Below, in pieces: positions 9,202 to 20,100 of a stretch of DNA of 64,000 nucleotides. The stretch is from Ostreococcus lucimarinus (lineage: Eukaryota): assembly GCA_000092065.1 (NCBI GenBank), contig CP000583.1; one strand, given 5' to 3'. Below the pieces are notes generated by a model. That model ran no database searches and was not told the DNA's origin. It saw only the letters and a program-made list of their open reading frames with translations. The position numbers and the translations under genes were made by a program. Position 1 is the stretch's first letter, and each line of letters begins with the position of its first letter.

Positions 9202-10623
9202 TCATCGCGCGCTCAAGCGGCCTTCGAGGCAAAGCGCGCATACGTAGTCGAACGCATCGCTCGCCGTTTCGGGCGTTCGACGCAATCGCGGGTCGGAAAG
9301 AATGGCGGCGAGCCGCGAGCGCTGCGCCTCCAGCTGCCGAACGAAGCATTCGCGTTGGAGAGAGTCGAGCGAAAGCCGATGGAGCTCGAGCAACGCGCCT
9401 TGCAAGCGCTCGGAAGGCACGCGTCGAATCGCCGCCGTCAGTCGAAGTGTCTGCTCGGAAACCTCCCGCTCGATCGTGTTCGCTCGAAACGCGTGACGAC
9501 TCGCTTCACCGTCCAAGGCTTGTGCTTCCGCGTCGACCCATCGTAGAAAACTCAAGCCGATCGTCTGCGAAGGCGTCGTTCTCGCGCGAGACGTTCGTGG
9601 AAGATTGGAAAGACGATACGTCAACATTCGTCGCCACACGTCGTCGTCATCGTCGCCTTGGTTGCATTCTTCGTCCTCATTCGTGGTGAAGGACGAAAAG
9701 TCGCCGAGCGCGTCGTGGATGCTGGCGCGCGCGCGCGGCGGAAAAATTTCAATTTCCCTCGGCGTCCACGCGGCTTCTTCGGGCGACGACGAATCTTCGT
9801 CGACGTCGCCGGATGAATGCAGCGTACCGAGCGATGACGGCTTCAACGACGAGACCGTTCGTAACGATTTCACGCCCGAACGCTCGGGCGTCACGCACGT
9901 CCGCGTCGGCGATTCGGAATCGGAGCTCTCGCTCAACGTCGCCGGATCGGCGCTCCGTCGACGCATGGCGTTCACGCGCCTCAGTTTCGGCGTCTCACCC
10001 CCCACGACGACGGCGCGGTGCAAACAATCACCGCCATCAACGCTCGCGTCATCGATCGCGCACGCGAGCAGCAAAGCCGCGCCCGAACTTTCCGAAGACG
10101 TGCGCGCCGACGCCGCCGATCCCGACGTCGTCGAGTCCAATCGCGCCGTCGCGTGCGCGCTCGACATCCGCCCGAGCGGCACCACCTCGAGCGCCTCGCC
10201 CATCGTCATCGTCACCGACCGATACTTCACGCGCGCGTCGTCGTCCAGATACGCCAACAGTTTCCTCGTCGCCGTCTCGTCGTCTTCCCCTCCCTCGCCG
10301 CCTCCGATCTCGAACCCGTTCTCGGCGTCCGCGCGCATCTCCTTCGCCGTTCTCTCCAACCGCGCCAGCGTCCCATCCCGTCGCAGCGCCTCGACGAAAT
10401 CCTCCACCAACCCCTCGCTCGCGATTCCCTCGCGTTCGCGTTCGCTCGTCGCGCTCGTCGTCGTCGTCGACGCCCGCCCCGACGACGCGTCCTCGTCGTC
10501 GTCGCGCCCTCGTCCTCCCGTCTCTTCCTCAACTTTCACTTTCGCCTTCGTTTTCGCCCGTCGCGTCGTCTTTCGCGCGCGTCGCGCGATAAACCTTCGC
10601 CACGCGTCGCGCGCGCGCGTCAT
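9202..10623 (-). CDS. hypothetical acidic, serine-rich protein with C-terminal coiled-coil
   Basis: ATG verified at 10621-10623. Composition is protein-like (D/E/S/L rich, predicted coiled-coil near C-term), whereas the opposing plus-frame ORFs are Ser/Pro/Arg low-complexity. No family recognised. Confidence 0.4.
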   Translation of the reverse strand: MTRARDAWRRFIARRARKTTRRAKTKAKVKVEEETGGRGRDDDEDASSGRASTTTTSATSEREREGIASEGLVEDFVEALRRDGTLARLERTAKEMRADAENGFEIGGGEGGEDDETATRKLLAYLDDDARVKYRSVTMTMGEALEVVPLGRMSSAHATARLDSTTSGSAASARTSSESSGAALLLACAIDDASVDGGDCLHRAVVVGGETPKLRRVNAMRRRSADPATLSESSDSESPTRTCVTPERSGVKSLRTVSSLKPSSLGTLHSSGDVDEDSSSPEEAAWTPREIEIFPPRARASIHDALGDFSSFTTNEDEECNQGDDDDDVWRRMLTYRLSNLPRTSRARTTPSQTIGLSFLRWVDAEAQALDGEASRHAFRANTIEREVSEQTLRLTAAIRRVPSERLQGALLELHRLSLDSLQRECFVRQLEAQRSRLAAILSDPRLRRTPETASDAFDYVCALCLEGRLSAR

Positions 10624-10675
10624 GTCGCCGCGCGCGCGTCGTCGCGCGCGTCGGTGCCGTCGAGTCGAGCAGTGT

Positions 10676-10756
10676 CGACTTTCGATCGACATCGATCGAC
10701 ATCGATCGACGTTCCGTCGATCGATCGATGGTCTCGATCGATGGTCTCGATCGATG
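10676..10756. repeat. tandem TCGATCGA(C/T)-type palindromic repeat filling a divergent intergenic spacer
   Basis: Sequence 'tcgatcgacatcgatcgacatcgatcgacgttccgtcgatcgatcgatggtctcgatcgatggtctcgatcgatg' lies between ATG 10621-10623 (minus gene) and ATG 10765 (plus gene). Confidence 0.8.
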
Positions 10757-10764
10757 TTACTCGA

Positions 10765-11577
10765 ATGAACACGGACCGCGTCCTCGCCCGGTCTCCGGGC
10801 GGCGCGCCGTCGCGCGCGCCGCGGAAGGACGCGCGCGGCGACGCGGCGCGCGGCGACGCGGCGCGCGGCGAACGTCGCGGGGCGACATCGCGCGCGCGGC
10901 GCGGCGCGGCGAGGCGCGAACGGACGCGAACGGACGACGCGAGAGACGCGGTGATTTCGAAACGCGCTTCGACGGAAACGGAACGGCGCGACGACGCGAT
11001 GGCGCGCGACCCGAGGGAGATGACGGGAGAGGTGGCGCGCGTCGTCATCGGTGGGGACGTGTTCCAGGTGAACGACGCGGTGTTGGTCAAGGCGCCGGGG
11101 GCGAACGAGCGGTACGTGGGGCGCATCGTGAGCGTGGCGGTGGAGAACGGGGCGGTGAAGGCGCGGTTGTGCTGGTATTATCGACCGCAAGAGACGCGAG
11201 GGGGACGGAAACGGTTTCACGGGGTGAAGGAGTTGTTTTCGAGCGATCACTACGATTGGGTGAGCGTGAACACGATCGATGCGAAGTGCGAGGTGTGGTC
11301 GCTGCGGGAGTATCAAGAGCTCGAGGCGGTGACGGAGTTTGATTTTTACGCTCGGTTTTTGTATCGAAGCTCGCGGGGGGAGTTCCGACCGGAGAAGGTG
11401 CCGGTGTTCTGTAAGTGCGCGGAGCCGTATAATCCCGATCGGTTCATGGTCGAGTGCGATCAGTGTAACGATTGGTTCCATCCCGAGTGCGTCAACGAGA
11501 CGAAATCCAGCGCTTCGCAGCTCGACGTTTGGCGGTGTCCCGACTGTCGATTGAGCAAGATTACGGGCGAGGTTTGA
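10765..11577 (+). CDS. BAH-PHD chromatin reader (EBS/SHL-like)
   Basis: ATG at 10765; an in-frame alternative ATG at 10741 lies within the repeat. BAH domain 'VVIGGDVFQVNDAVLVKAPG...WYYRPQET'. C-terminal PHD 'CKCAEPYNPDRFMVECDQCNDWFHPECV...WRCPDC'. Confidence 0.7.
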   Translation: MNTDRVLARSPGGAPSRAPRKDARGDAARGDAARGERRGATSRARRGAARRERTRTDDARDAVISKRASTETERRDDAMARDPREMTGEVARVVIGGDVFQVNDAVLVKAPGANERYVGRIVSVAVENGAVKARLCWYYRPQETRGGRKRFHGVKELFSSDHYDWVSVNTIDAKCEVWSLREYQELEAVTEFDFYARFLYRSSRGEFRPEKVPVFCKCAEPYNPDRFMVECDQCNDWFHPECVNETKSSASQLDVWRCPDCRLSKITGEV

Positions 11578-11822
11578 AACGCGAAATGAGCGCATCGAAT
11601 AATTGAATGTACAAATGAAATCGCGCGCGCGGCACCGTCGCTGAGCACGCGACGGGCGCGCGACGCGAACTTATAGCAAGACGGCGCCGTTCACCCTTAG
11701 ATAATTCGAGTAGCACGAAGCAACTCCATCGCTCGATTAGCACCCAGCACACCACCGAAAAATGGCACGTCTGAAATATTCTATCGCTATATCACAATGA
11801 ATCCGTGCGTCGATCGCCGTCA

Positions 11823-13280
11823 CTACTCGTAACCTTCGCCGATTTCGATGCCTGCGTCGATGAGTGCGTTCCCAGTCGCTTTCATTCGCGCGGCGAACTT
11901 GCACGCCGCGCGGAGCTTTGCCATGCGCAAACGCTTCAAAAGCTGCTTGGCGAGGTGCGCCACGCGAGGGTTGCGCGAGTTTTGCAAATAATCAACCACC
12001 TTAGTGCCGTCCTCGACAATCATGATGGACTGATTTCCGGGCGATAACATCAAGTTGGATAACGCGGTGATGGCGGCGGTTTCCGAGCGCACGTCCCCGG
12101 TCCGAGCGAGCTGAATGATCCATTTTAACGCCCCTTGCTTGCAAAAGCGCTCACCGTTTGGCTCGTACAGCGCTAATTCTGCGATCGCGAGCGCGGCGAA
12201 CCGCTTTACTTCCTGCTGCGGACTGCGCAACATGAAGATGCACGCCTGAATGGCGCCCGTTTTTCCGGCGAGCGCGCGCAAATCGAAATTCGACGCCAAA
12301 TTTTTCAACCCGAGCGCGGCGACTAATTGCATCTCCGCCATATCGATTCGTTCCGACGTGTTCATCGCAATCGTGCAAAACAACTGAATGGCGCGATACT
12401 TGACGAGCGTCTCGCGCAAATCCTTGTTGCGCGCCATGTGCGCGATGACGAGCGCCGCCGCCAGCTTCCGAGCCGGAATCTTATCTCTCGAGAGTTCGAA
12501 CAAAAAAGGCACGTAACCTTTTTTCTCCATCAAATTACTAAATTCGTCGTTCATCGCCAAACGCGCGATGGCGATGAGCGCCCACTTCTCCGTGTCCGTG
12601 TCGTCCGTCTTATCGACGAAGTCGAGAAAGTTTTTAATCAATTGCTCCGGCGCCTTCGCGCTCATCAGCGACGCCACCTCGGGATCATCCGCGATTCTCG
12701 CGAACGTCACCACGCAATTTCTTTTAACCCTCACCCCTAACCCCTTTTCCGTGATCAGCGCCGTCATGCTCTTATCCAGCCCCTCGTCGCTCGCTAAAAA
12801 CCGCGTATCGTCGTGATTCACCAGCGTCGTCAGCGCCCCGCTCGCCGCCACCGCGCGCTCTTTATCTTTCCCCTTGATCGTCGCCACGCACAGTTTAAAC
12901 ATCTCCTTCGTCGCCAGCGCCGTCGCGCAATCATCGTGCAGCGCCAGCGTCTGCACCAGCCCGAACGCCGCGATCTGCGCCTCTCGCTCCTTAAACTCGC
13001 ACAGCCGCGGCAGGCTCTCCCTCAGAAACGTCCCGCGCGTCCTGTGCGTCAGCTTCCCCCACGTCGTCTCCACCTCTCCCGCGATCGCCGCTCGAAGCGC
13101 GCGCATCTGTCGCAGCAAGCGTCGCATCTTCCCCGTCGATCGCTTCCATCCCGCGATGTCGTCCATCATCGCGTGCACCTTGGCGTCCGTCATCGCTTCG
13201 TCCACCGTCTCGCGCGCGCACGTCACGAACGCGATGAACGCGCGCACCGCGCGCACCATGCGACGCCGCGCCACGCGCAT
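11823..13280 (-). CDS. armadillo (ARM) repeat-containing protein
   Basis: ATG verified at 13278-13280. Repeated about 40-aa helical units with ARM-like 'L..L..N' periodicity across 485 aa; no specific orthologue recognised. Confidence 0.55.
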   Translation of the reverse strand: MRVARRRMVRAVRAFIAFVTCARETVDEAMTDAKVHAMMDDIAGWKRSTGKMRRLLRQMRALRAAIAGEVETTWGKLTHRTRGTFLRESLPRLCEFKEREAQIAAFGLVQTLALHDDCATALATKEMFKLCVATIKGKDKERAVAASGALTTLVNHDDTRFLASDEGLDKSMTALITEKGLGVRVKRNCVVTFARIADDPEVASLMSAKAPEQLIKNFLDFVDKTDDTDTEKWALIAIARLAMNDEFSNLMEKKGYVPFLFELSRDKIPARKLAAALVIAHMARNKDLRETLVKYRAIQLFCTIAMNTSERIDMAEMQLVAALGLKNLASNFDLRALAGKTGAIQACIFMLRSPQQEVKRFAALAIAELALYEPNGERFCKQGALKWIIQLARTGDVRSETAAITALSNLMLSPGNQSIMIVEDGTKVVDYLQNSRNPRVAHLAKQLLKRLRMAKLRAACKFAARMKATGNALIDAGIEIGEGYE

Positions 13281-13422
13281 CGCGAGAGTCTAACTAGCGT
13301 TCGTCTTTCAGCGTTCTGTGCGTGTCCGCGTTCTGTGCGCATCCGCGTCGCGCGGTGCCGACGCGTCGATCGTAACGGTCGAACGAAATCGCGAAATCGA
13401 CGCATCGCGACGCGACGACGCG

Positions 13423-14103
13423 ATGTGGACGACGCGGGAGATCGACGGCGTCGCGCGCGCGCTTCGCGAGGTCGCGGACGCGCTCGCGGAGGCGTCGAGC
13501 GAGGCGAAATCGAGGGACGCGCGACGCGCGCGCGACGACGACGACGACGACGATGGACCGGCGCTCGGCGCGGTGAGAGGGGCGACGCTGGCGGGGAACT
13601 GCGCGGTGAAGCTGCGAGAGGCGCTCGAACGCGTCGAGGCGCACGCGGGGGAGGCGTTTCGGGACGTCGAGGGCGCGACGAAGGCGGCGGCGAGAAGGAA
13701 AGCGAGGGGAGGGGAGGCGGGGGAGGGGGACGACGACGACGGGGAGGACGACGCGTTCGAGGATATGTTCGATAAGGATGGGAAACCGCGGCGGGGGAGC
13801 GCGCCGAGGCGGGGACACACGCTGCCGGGGATGAGCGACGCGCTCGGGGAGCTGCGCGGAGTTTTGCAAAAGGTGGGCGTGAAGAGCGCGGCGGCGGCGG
13901 CGGAGGCGGCGGACGATCCGACGAGCTCGGGCGCGGAGGCGGATGGCGAGGCGAGCGAGGTGGAGAGCGAGCGACGCGCGGTGCGCGAACCCGTGGTCGC
14001 GGCGCCGCCGCCGGCGAAGGCGGAAAAACCGCAGTGGATGGTTGAGTTGGCGGCGAAGAACGCGGCGAAGCGCGCCGCGCAAAACTCGAGCGACGCGCGA
14101 TAG
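13423..14103 (+). CDS. hypothetical acidic protein
   Basis: First ATG of ORF 13318-14103 is at 13423. D/E/K-rich composition unlike the Arg-rich antisense ORFs; no family recognised. Confidence 0.35.
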   Translation: MWTTREIDGVARALREVADALAEASSEAKSRDARRARDDDDDDDGPALGAVRGATLAGNCAVKLREALERVEAHAGEAFRDVEGATKAAARRKARGGEAGEGDDDDGEDDAFEDMFDKDGKPRRGSAPRRGHTLPGMSDALGELRGVLQKVGVKSAAAAAEAADDPTSSGAEADGEASEVESERRAVREPVVAAPPPAKAEKPQWMVELAAKNAAKRAAQNSSDAR

Positions 14104-14168
14104 CTCGAATCGCGAACGCTTTGCGTGTCTAAATTCCACCGCTATCTACTAATGTTCTACTGCCTGTA

Positions 14169-17100
14169 CTAATTTTGTTTCGCGTTGGCGTTCACGAACG
14201 GCGAGAGCGCGCTCGAAAGCCAACGCGCGGCGTCTTCGTCGGCGCATCGCACGACGATCGACGTCGGCGTCGCCGCGTCTTCGCCGCGGAAAGTCTCATC
14301 GACGTCGTGGAATGATTGATCCTGTTCTCGATGCATCCACCCGAACGCGAATCCATACGCTCGAGCGAACACGCTTTGCGTCTGTGCGAGGGACACGCGC
14401 GTCGATCGCTCCGCTCTCGCGGCGTACACGGAGACGCGATTCCCGTCGCGAAGGACGCCGGAGATGTCCACAAATCTCACGCTCGAGCGCACGTACGGCG
14501 CGTTGACGTCCGATCGATGAACGACGAGCAGTTTCCCACCCGTCAAAACACACATATCGTGCGACGGCCACATCAACGAAGCGGTGGCGACGAATCGTTC
14601 TCGTTTTTCGCTCGAAGCGAGTTTCGCGAGCGTCTCCCTGCCGATGGCCTCTATGAGATGGTACGGCCGTATGGGGTCCATGTATGACGTGGGAAGCGGG
14701 CGACGCGGGCGCATGTACTCCCCTTCGAACGTTTTCGCCGCCGTGAAAAGTCGAAGTCGCCTCGCGCTGAGCTCGGCGCCATCCAGAGCGGCGGCTAAAA
14801 CGCGCGTCAACGCGCTCATCAAGCCGATGACGGAGCCTTCAACCAACCCTCTCACGCCGGCCAGTTCCAGGCCATGCAGTGGTCCATCGATGACATCGAA
14901 GACGACGCGACCGACAGTGTCAAATATGCGCGCCACAAACGTCACCGTCGCCTGCTTCTCGAGATCTTCGACCGTGCCGAGTCTTCTCGGTCGAAGCGAA
15001 AATCGCCGACTGGCTTGGGCGACTTCCAGCGCTTCGAGCCAACCATCGACGACGTCACGCGCTTGCGATAGCGCCGTCTCTCCAGAATGCGCAAACGCAG
15101 CTGTGAGTGCCATTATTACTCGTGGCAACGCGGTTGTCGCCGAACCTTGATGCATCTCATCGAAAGCTTCGATGATTTCATCCCAAAGCCGGCGCGGATC
15201 GCCGAGTAAGGAGTTATGCGCCCAAAGAGAACCGGCGACGATGACGGCTTCCCTAGCGAAATGACGCGCGGCCATCATGCTGACATCTGCCGCCATGAGT
15301 GACGGCTGGTTCATGTGAAAGCCTCGCAGTCGCAAATTCGCGCGATCAACGCCGGCCAACGCTCGTACGGCGACCGGTAATCCGGGTAAACGAGAAAACG
15401 ACAGGACGAGCTCGACATCGTTTATGATGAGTTCTTGTAAGTATACGGACGTAAGCGCGCCCACAGTTTCGCCTTCCAAGCTGCGCTTACGTGCACCGTT
15501 CGCTTTTATCGTCGGTTTCGCAGGAGGCAAGAGCAACTCTGCGTGACGGACGCACGGCGCGATGGCGCGCGGCACGGATTCAATCAATTCATCGTGTAAA
15601 TCGACGAATGCTGGCGCCAAATCAACCTTCAACGAACGTATGACGGGTAAACCATTCAACTTCTGCACCCGTCCGTGCACCTGCAACTCGAGTGCCTCTC
15701 GGGCGCTTTGATGCCGCTCGGGTATGGCTAACACGATTGGTCGTTTCGCTTTGCTGCTTGTGTGATCGACTCGTGCGCTGTGCACGCGGACGGCGCTCTT
15801 GAACTCGGAACCGTCCGCGAGCACCTTCACCGTAATACCACTCACGCGTCCGTACAGCAACTCTTCGTGTCCATGGATCGCACTCACACCAATCCAACCA
15901 CACTTGAACGACACGTTGACGGGGGCTCCGGGGCGTTGGGGCGTCTTCGTCGATAGTCGCGGGCGCTCGGGCGTATCTGCGACGCGACTGCTCAGCGCGT
16001 CTTCAATGATGACAGAGCACATCGGTCCCTCTCTCGTTACCATCACGCGCAAGCACCGCTTGTCTGTCGTCACCACGCTATACGACAGAGTGCGAGTGAT
16101 GTCAAGCGAAATCGGTTCGCCCAACGAAAGATCGCCGTACCCAATGACGAGCGCGCGAGGAAGAGACGAGTCTTCAATCAGTCGCTCTTCGCTCTCCTTG
16201 GGCGCGAGCGTCGCGCGCGCATCATCGGCACCGAGCTGGTGATACCAGATTGACGCGTTCGAGTGGTTCTCGATGGAATGCATTCCGAGCGCGCCGTCGA
16301 TCTCAGTCGGCCGCGCGATGCGAATGTCAAACGTTCCGTCGTCGTTTTCTAGAATCGAGACCGTGATAGTTTCCGTGTGCAACGTACTATCTCCGCCGAG
16401 GTGACGCATCTTCAGTATAGAAGCAGTATGCTCAGGCACATGCACTGGCTTAGACCATTCGAAAACTCCCTTCTCCGGTCTGAACATGATCACTTTGGGC
16501 ACCTTGGAGCGCATGTCAAACCAACGCAGCGGCGTCGCCGAGCGGGGCTGCAACAAATCCACGCTCTCCGTGCCGCCGTGTCGGATCCAAACGGCTTCGT
16601 CTAGCGTACTTTTGATGAGAAACTTTGGTCGTATCATGATCTTTGCCGTCTTGCACAATTTATCGGTCGAAACCATGGAAGCAGTCACGACGAATACATG
16701 CTCGCAAACATCTGAGCCGGCGTCTGAGGGTAGCCTGATTTCAATCGGCAGACCCGTCGGATCGATCCTAAAAGGGCGACTCCACGCGCTTGAAGACTTG
16801 AGCCGAATACGAATCCGTGGACGCCGTTTGATTGACTTGCGCCAATGCGCTGAACTACCGAGAACGGTCGCGCGTTGATCCAGTGAATCCTCGTCGTCGA
16901 CGCCGTAGTCCACGCCGTGGTCCGTCGATACCGTCTGGCGTCCGGGCGTTGATGGCGTGAGAAGCGTGACCGAATCGGCATTCAATCGCAACGACGACTG
17001 TCGCATCAACAACGGGCTTGTTTGTGACAACACATTCGTCGAAGAACTCATACGTCGAAGAGACGGCAAAGCTTGATTCTGCGCAAGTCGAGCGAAAGGA

Positions 17101-20100
17101 GAAGCCGGCGCCGGGGGAGTCTCAAAGTTCTCAGCGTCTTCTATGAAGAGACGGTTCGGAAGCGGTGAGTTCGTTCCTTGGCGTTCTGCATCGGGGTTTG
17201 ACTCGAAAACTTCGATTTCACTCTGCACAGACTCCTCCATCTCAGTGCCATAGAGCATGTCTTCGAGCACGATGGCGCAGGATGTTGAATTCAGCACGAC
17301 GAGTGGCGCGGCGCAGTACAAGGTCCGTGACTGCGTCGCTTCATCGATGTAAAACGTAAAGCGCAAGGAAACGGCTTGTGAAGACGATTTGTCACCTCCG
17401 TCGTGAATCCTTTTCGTATCTCGATCAACATGGTAAATCTCACCGTTTGCCTGACACTTGGCGTTTTTCAAAGCCATCGTGTATTCCGGCACGACGAGCT
17501 CTTCGCACGGCGCATATCCAACGATTTGTGCAGATACCGAAGCAGACCAAGTGGGGTGAGAGGCTGTGAATAAAGTCGACTCACCCGGATTCACCACATG
17601 TGACTCTATGCGCGCATCATGGCCAAATGCATTCCTAGCGCGGCAAGTGACCACCATCTGCAGCGGTAGCGTGTTGACAAATTTCAGCGGCGCGCTCAGC
17701 GCCAGCTGCACGCGTTTGAGTGTCTCGTCGCGAGTCACCGTGAACGCACACGTGTACGGATCAGACGAAGCAATACTATGTTCTTTCGTCACCGAACAAA
17801 GCGATGCCTCGATAGCATCTTCTTTCGCGACCAAATCAGAAAACGCGACAAAGGTACTCCAATTGTGACGACGTCGCCAGAACGCGTCCCCAAAGGGTGA
17901 GCGTGGAGTGGCGTTGGTTTTCGAACGATGGAGCGGGCTGAGGAAAGGTGACCCAGCGGAAGCTTCAGAATCATCCACCTCATCCACGGAGATTTCTCCA
18001 AAATCTTCATCCGGCGACACCACGCGCCATTGCACGTTTTTAGCTAAGCGCAGGGGTATCGGAAGCCACACACTTTCGCCGGGAAGTATCGGGCCGAAAA
18101 TCGTCGCCGGCAGCGTCGCACTTTGCTGAAAGCACATCACGATCGGGGCGTTCGTGCCATTCAAAATTGCGACGTCCGAACGAAGCAATAGTTCATATCG
18201 ATTCACCTTGTTCGAGCAAGGGCCGATCTCCGCGATGACACGCGCGCAGGAACCGTCCACCATCTGTGCTTCGTATTCCAGCAAGCTCGTCTCCTCGCCA
18301 ATGGTGTCGAGAGAAATTGCCTCGTCTATGTCGACCTGGATGTCTTCAAATTCGAGCGACACGTGAGGAACGCGTTCTTGCGTCGATTCCGATCGATGGC
18401 GCACGCTCGCGCCGTCATCTTCATCGTCATCATTGATCGGCGATGCCCAGTACGAGGCCCCTCGCTCTATGACGCGGTTGGTTTTGCACGCACGATTTTC
18501 CTCGCGCCGCTCAAAGTGCATAACGTTTGTGTCACCCGCGATAGTTTTACCCGCCCCGGCGGACGTGATTTCGCCACCACGAACTAACGTGAGCGCATAA
18601 GCGACGTTGAATCCAGTGGCGTTCGTCATCTGATAAGTGCAAGGTCCAAAAGTCGTCGACTGTTCGAGATCCGCGATGGGCGCTTGCGCCGCTTGCGCGA
18701 TGATTTGCGTCTTGAGAAGCGCTTCGACGACACTATGCGACATTGTTATTTCGATCCCAGCCGCAACGTTGATGTTGACACTCTCAAATAGAAACTCTGG
18801 CGTGAGCTTGATTGACGTCGAAACGCGCATGGGTTCAAGAATGGGTTCCCAAGCCGCTTTCACTGGATGCAAGTAGTCCATCTCTACATCCATCGATGCG
18901 CTTCCATCCACGCCAGAGCTCGAGCTCTTAACATCAACACGCGCGTCCGTCATCATGACTTGCAAAACTGGCACAACGATGTGGACCTGTGCGTGTTCCA
19001 GGCACGCACTCATGGACTCTACGTTGATGGAAAGATCGAACTCGTGTGGGCTTGAACTCGAGGGCAATTGATCATACGCCTCTATGGCGTTCAAAGTTGC
19101 CGGTTGCGCGAGGATCAGCGCCGAAACTTCTTGTATCAAGTGTAAAGAAACTTCGTTTGCGCGTGCGCGCATCTCATGTACAGTAACGTCCATTTTCGGC
19201 ACGACTTTGCGCGCAAAGTGTTCAGGAGATGTGGGCGGCAAAGTCATTCTACTCGAAAGTCCAATAACTTCGGCGAGCGTAAACATGATTGATGAACCTT
19301 CGAGATCATCTTCATCCTTGCAGTATCCTGTCTCAAGCGTGAACTCATCCAGTGTGAACGTCGCATTGACGCAAGATCCCGCAGTGAACTCATTCAAAGT
19401 ACCCGATTGCCGAGTCTTCAAACGTACGATACGCAGCGGCGCATGGCGCTCGCTCTCTGAACGCCAAGGTAGTTGTACTGTCCAAGTTTCCGTGCGAAAG
19501 TTCGCAGACACGAGAGTTAAAGACAAAGGTGATATCGATGGTGCAGATGTCGTTGTCGACGCGGTCAACACAGGCATTGCCTGTCTCACGCCATGCAAGA
19601 CACTCGTTCCCGCAATGATGTACGGCGCGTTGAACTCGACATCGCCTTTCCCAATGAGCAACTCGGACTTTACTGAGCCTTGGGCGTACATGGCATCCAT
19701 TTTGACAGCCGCACCGGACTCACTCGATATATGAAGCAACGTCGTCGGGTGTTCGATACTTTTGCGTGTGCAAACTTGCAGATCAATAGAGTCCACTCGT
19801 AATTCAGCGAGATGGCCGTCTTCTCGCGGACTCGCGCGCCCCGTCACGTCGAAAAACGTCAACGAAATTTCATCCGCTTCTCTAGCGCTCAACCTGATTC
19901 GTTTCACATTCACGTCGACGGAAGGAATTGAAAACACTTTGGCGTCAGTGATCCCAGGAGAAGCTATAGGTGAACTCTTAGTCAGAGAGGGCATCTTTGG
20001 AATCGATTCCGAGACGACGACCAGTCGCCGCACGTCTGTGGGGGTAATTTCAGCGCCAATACTCCCCACCTGCACCTTCGCCGCGTTTGAGGCGCTCCCG

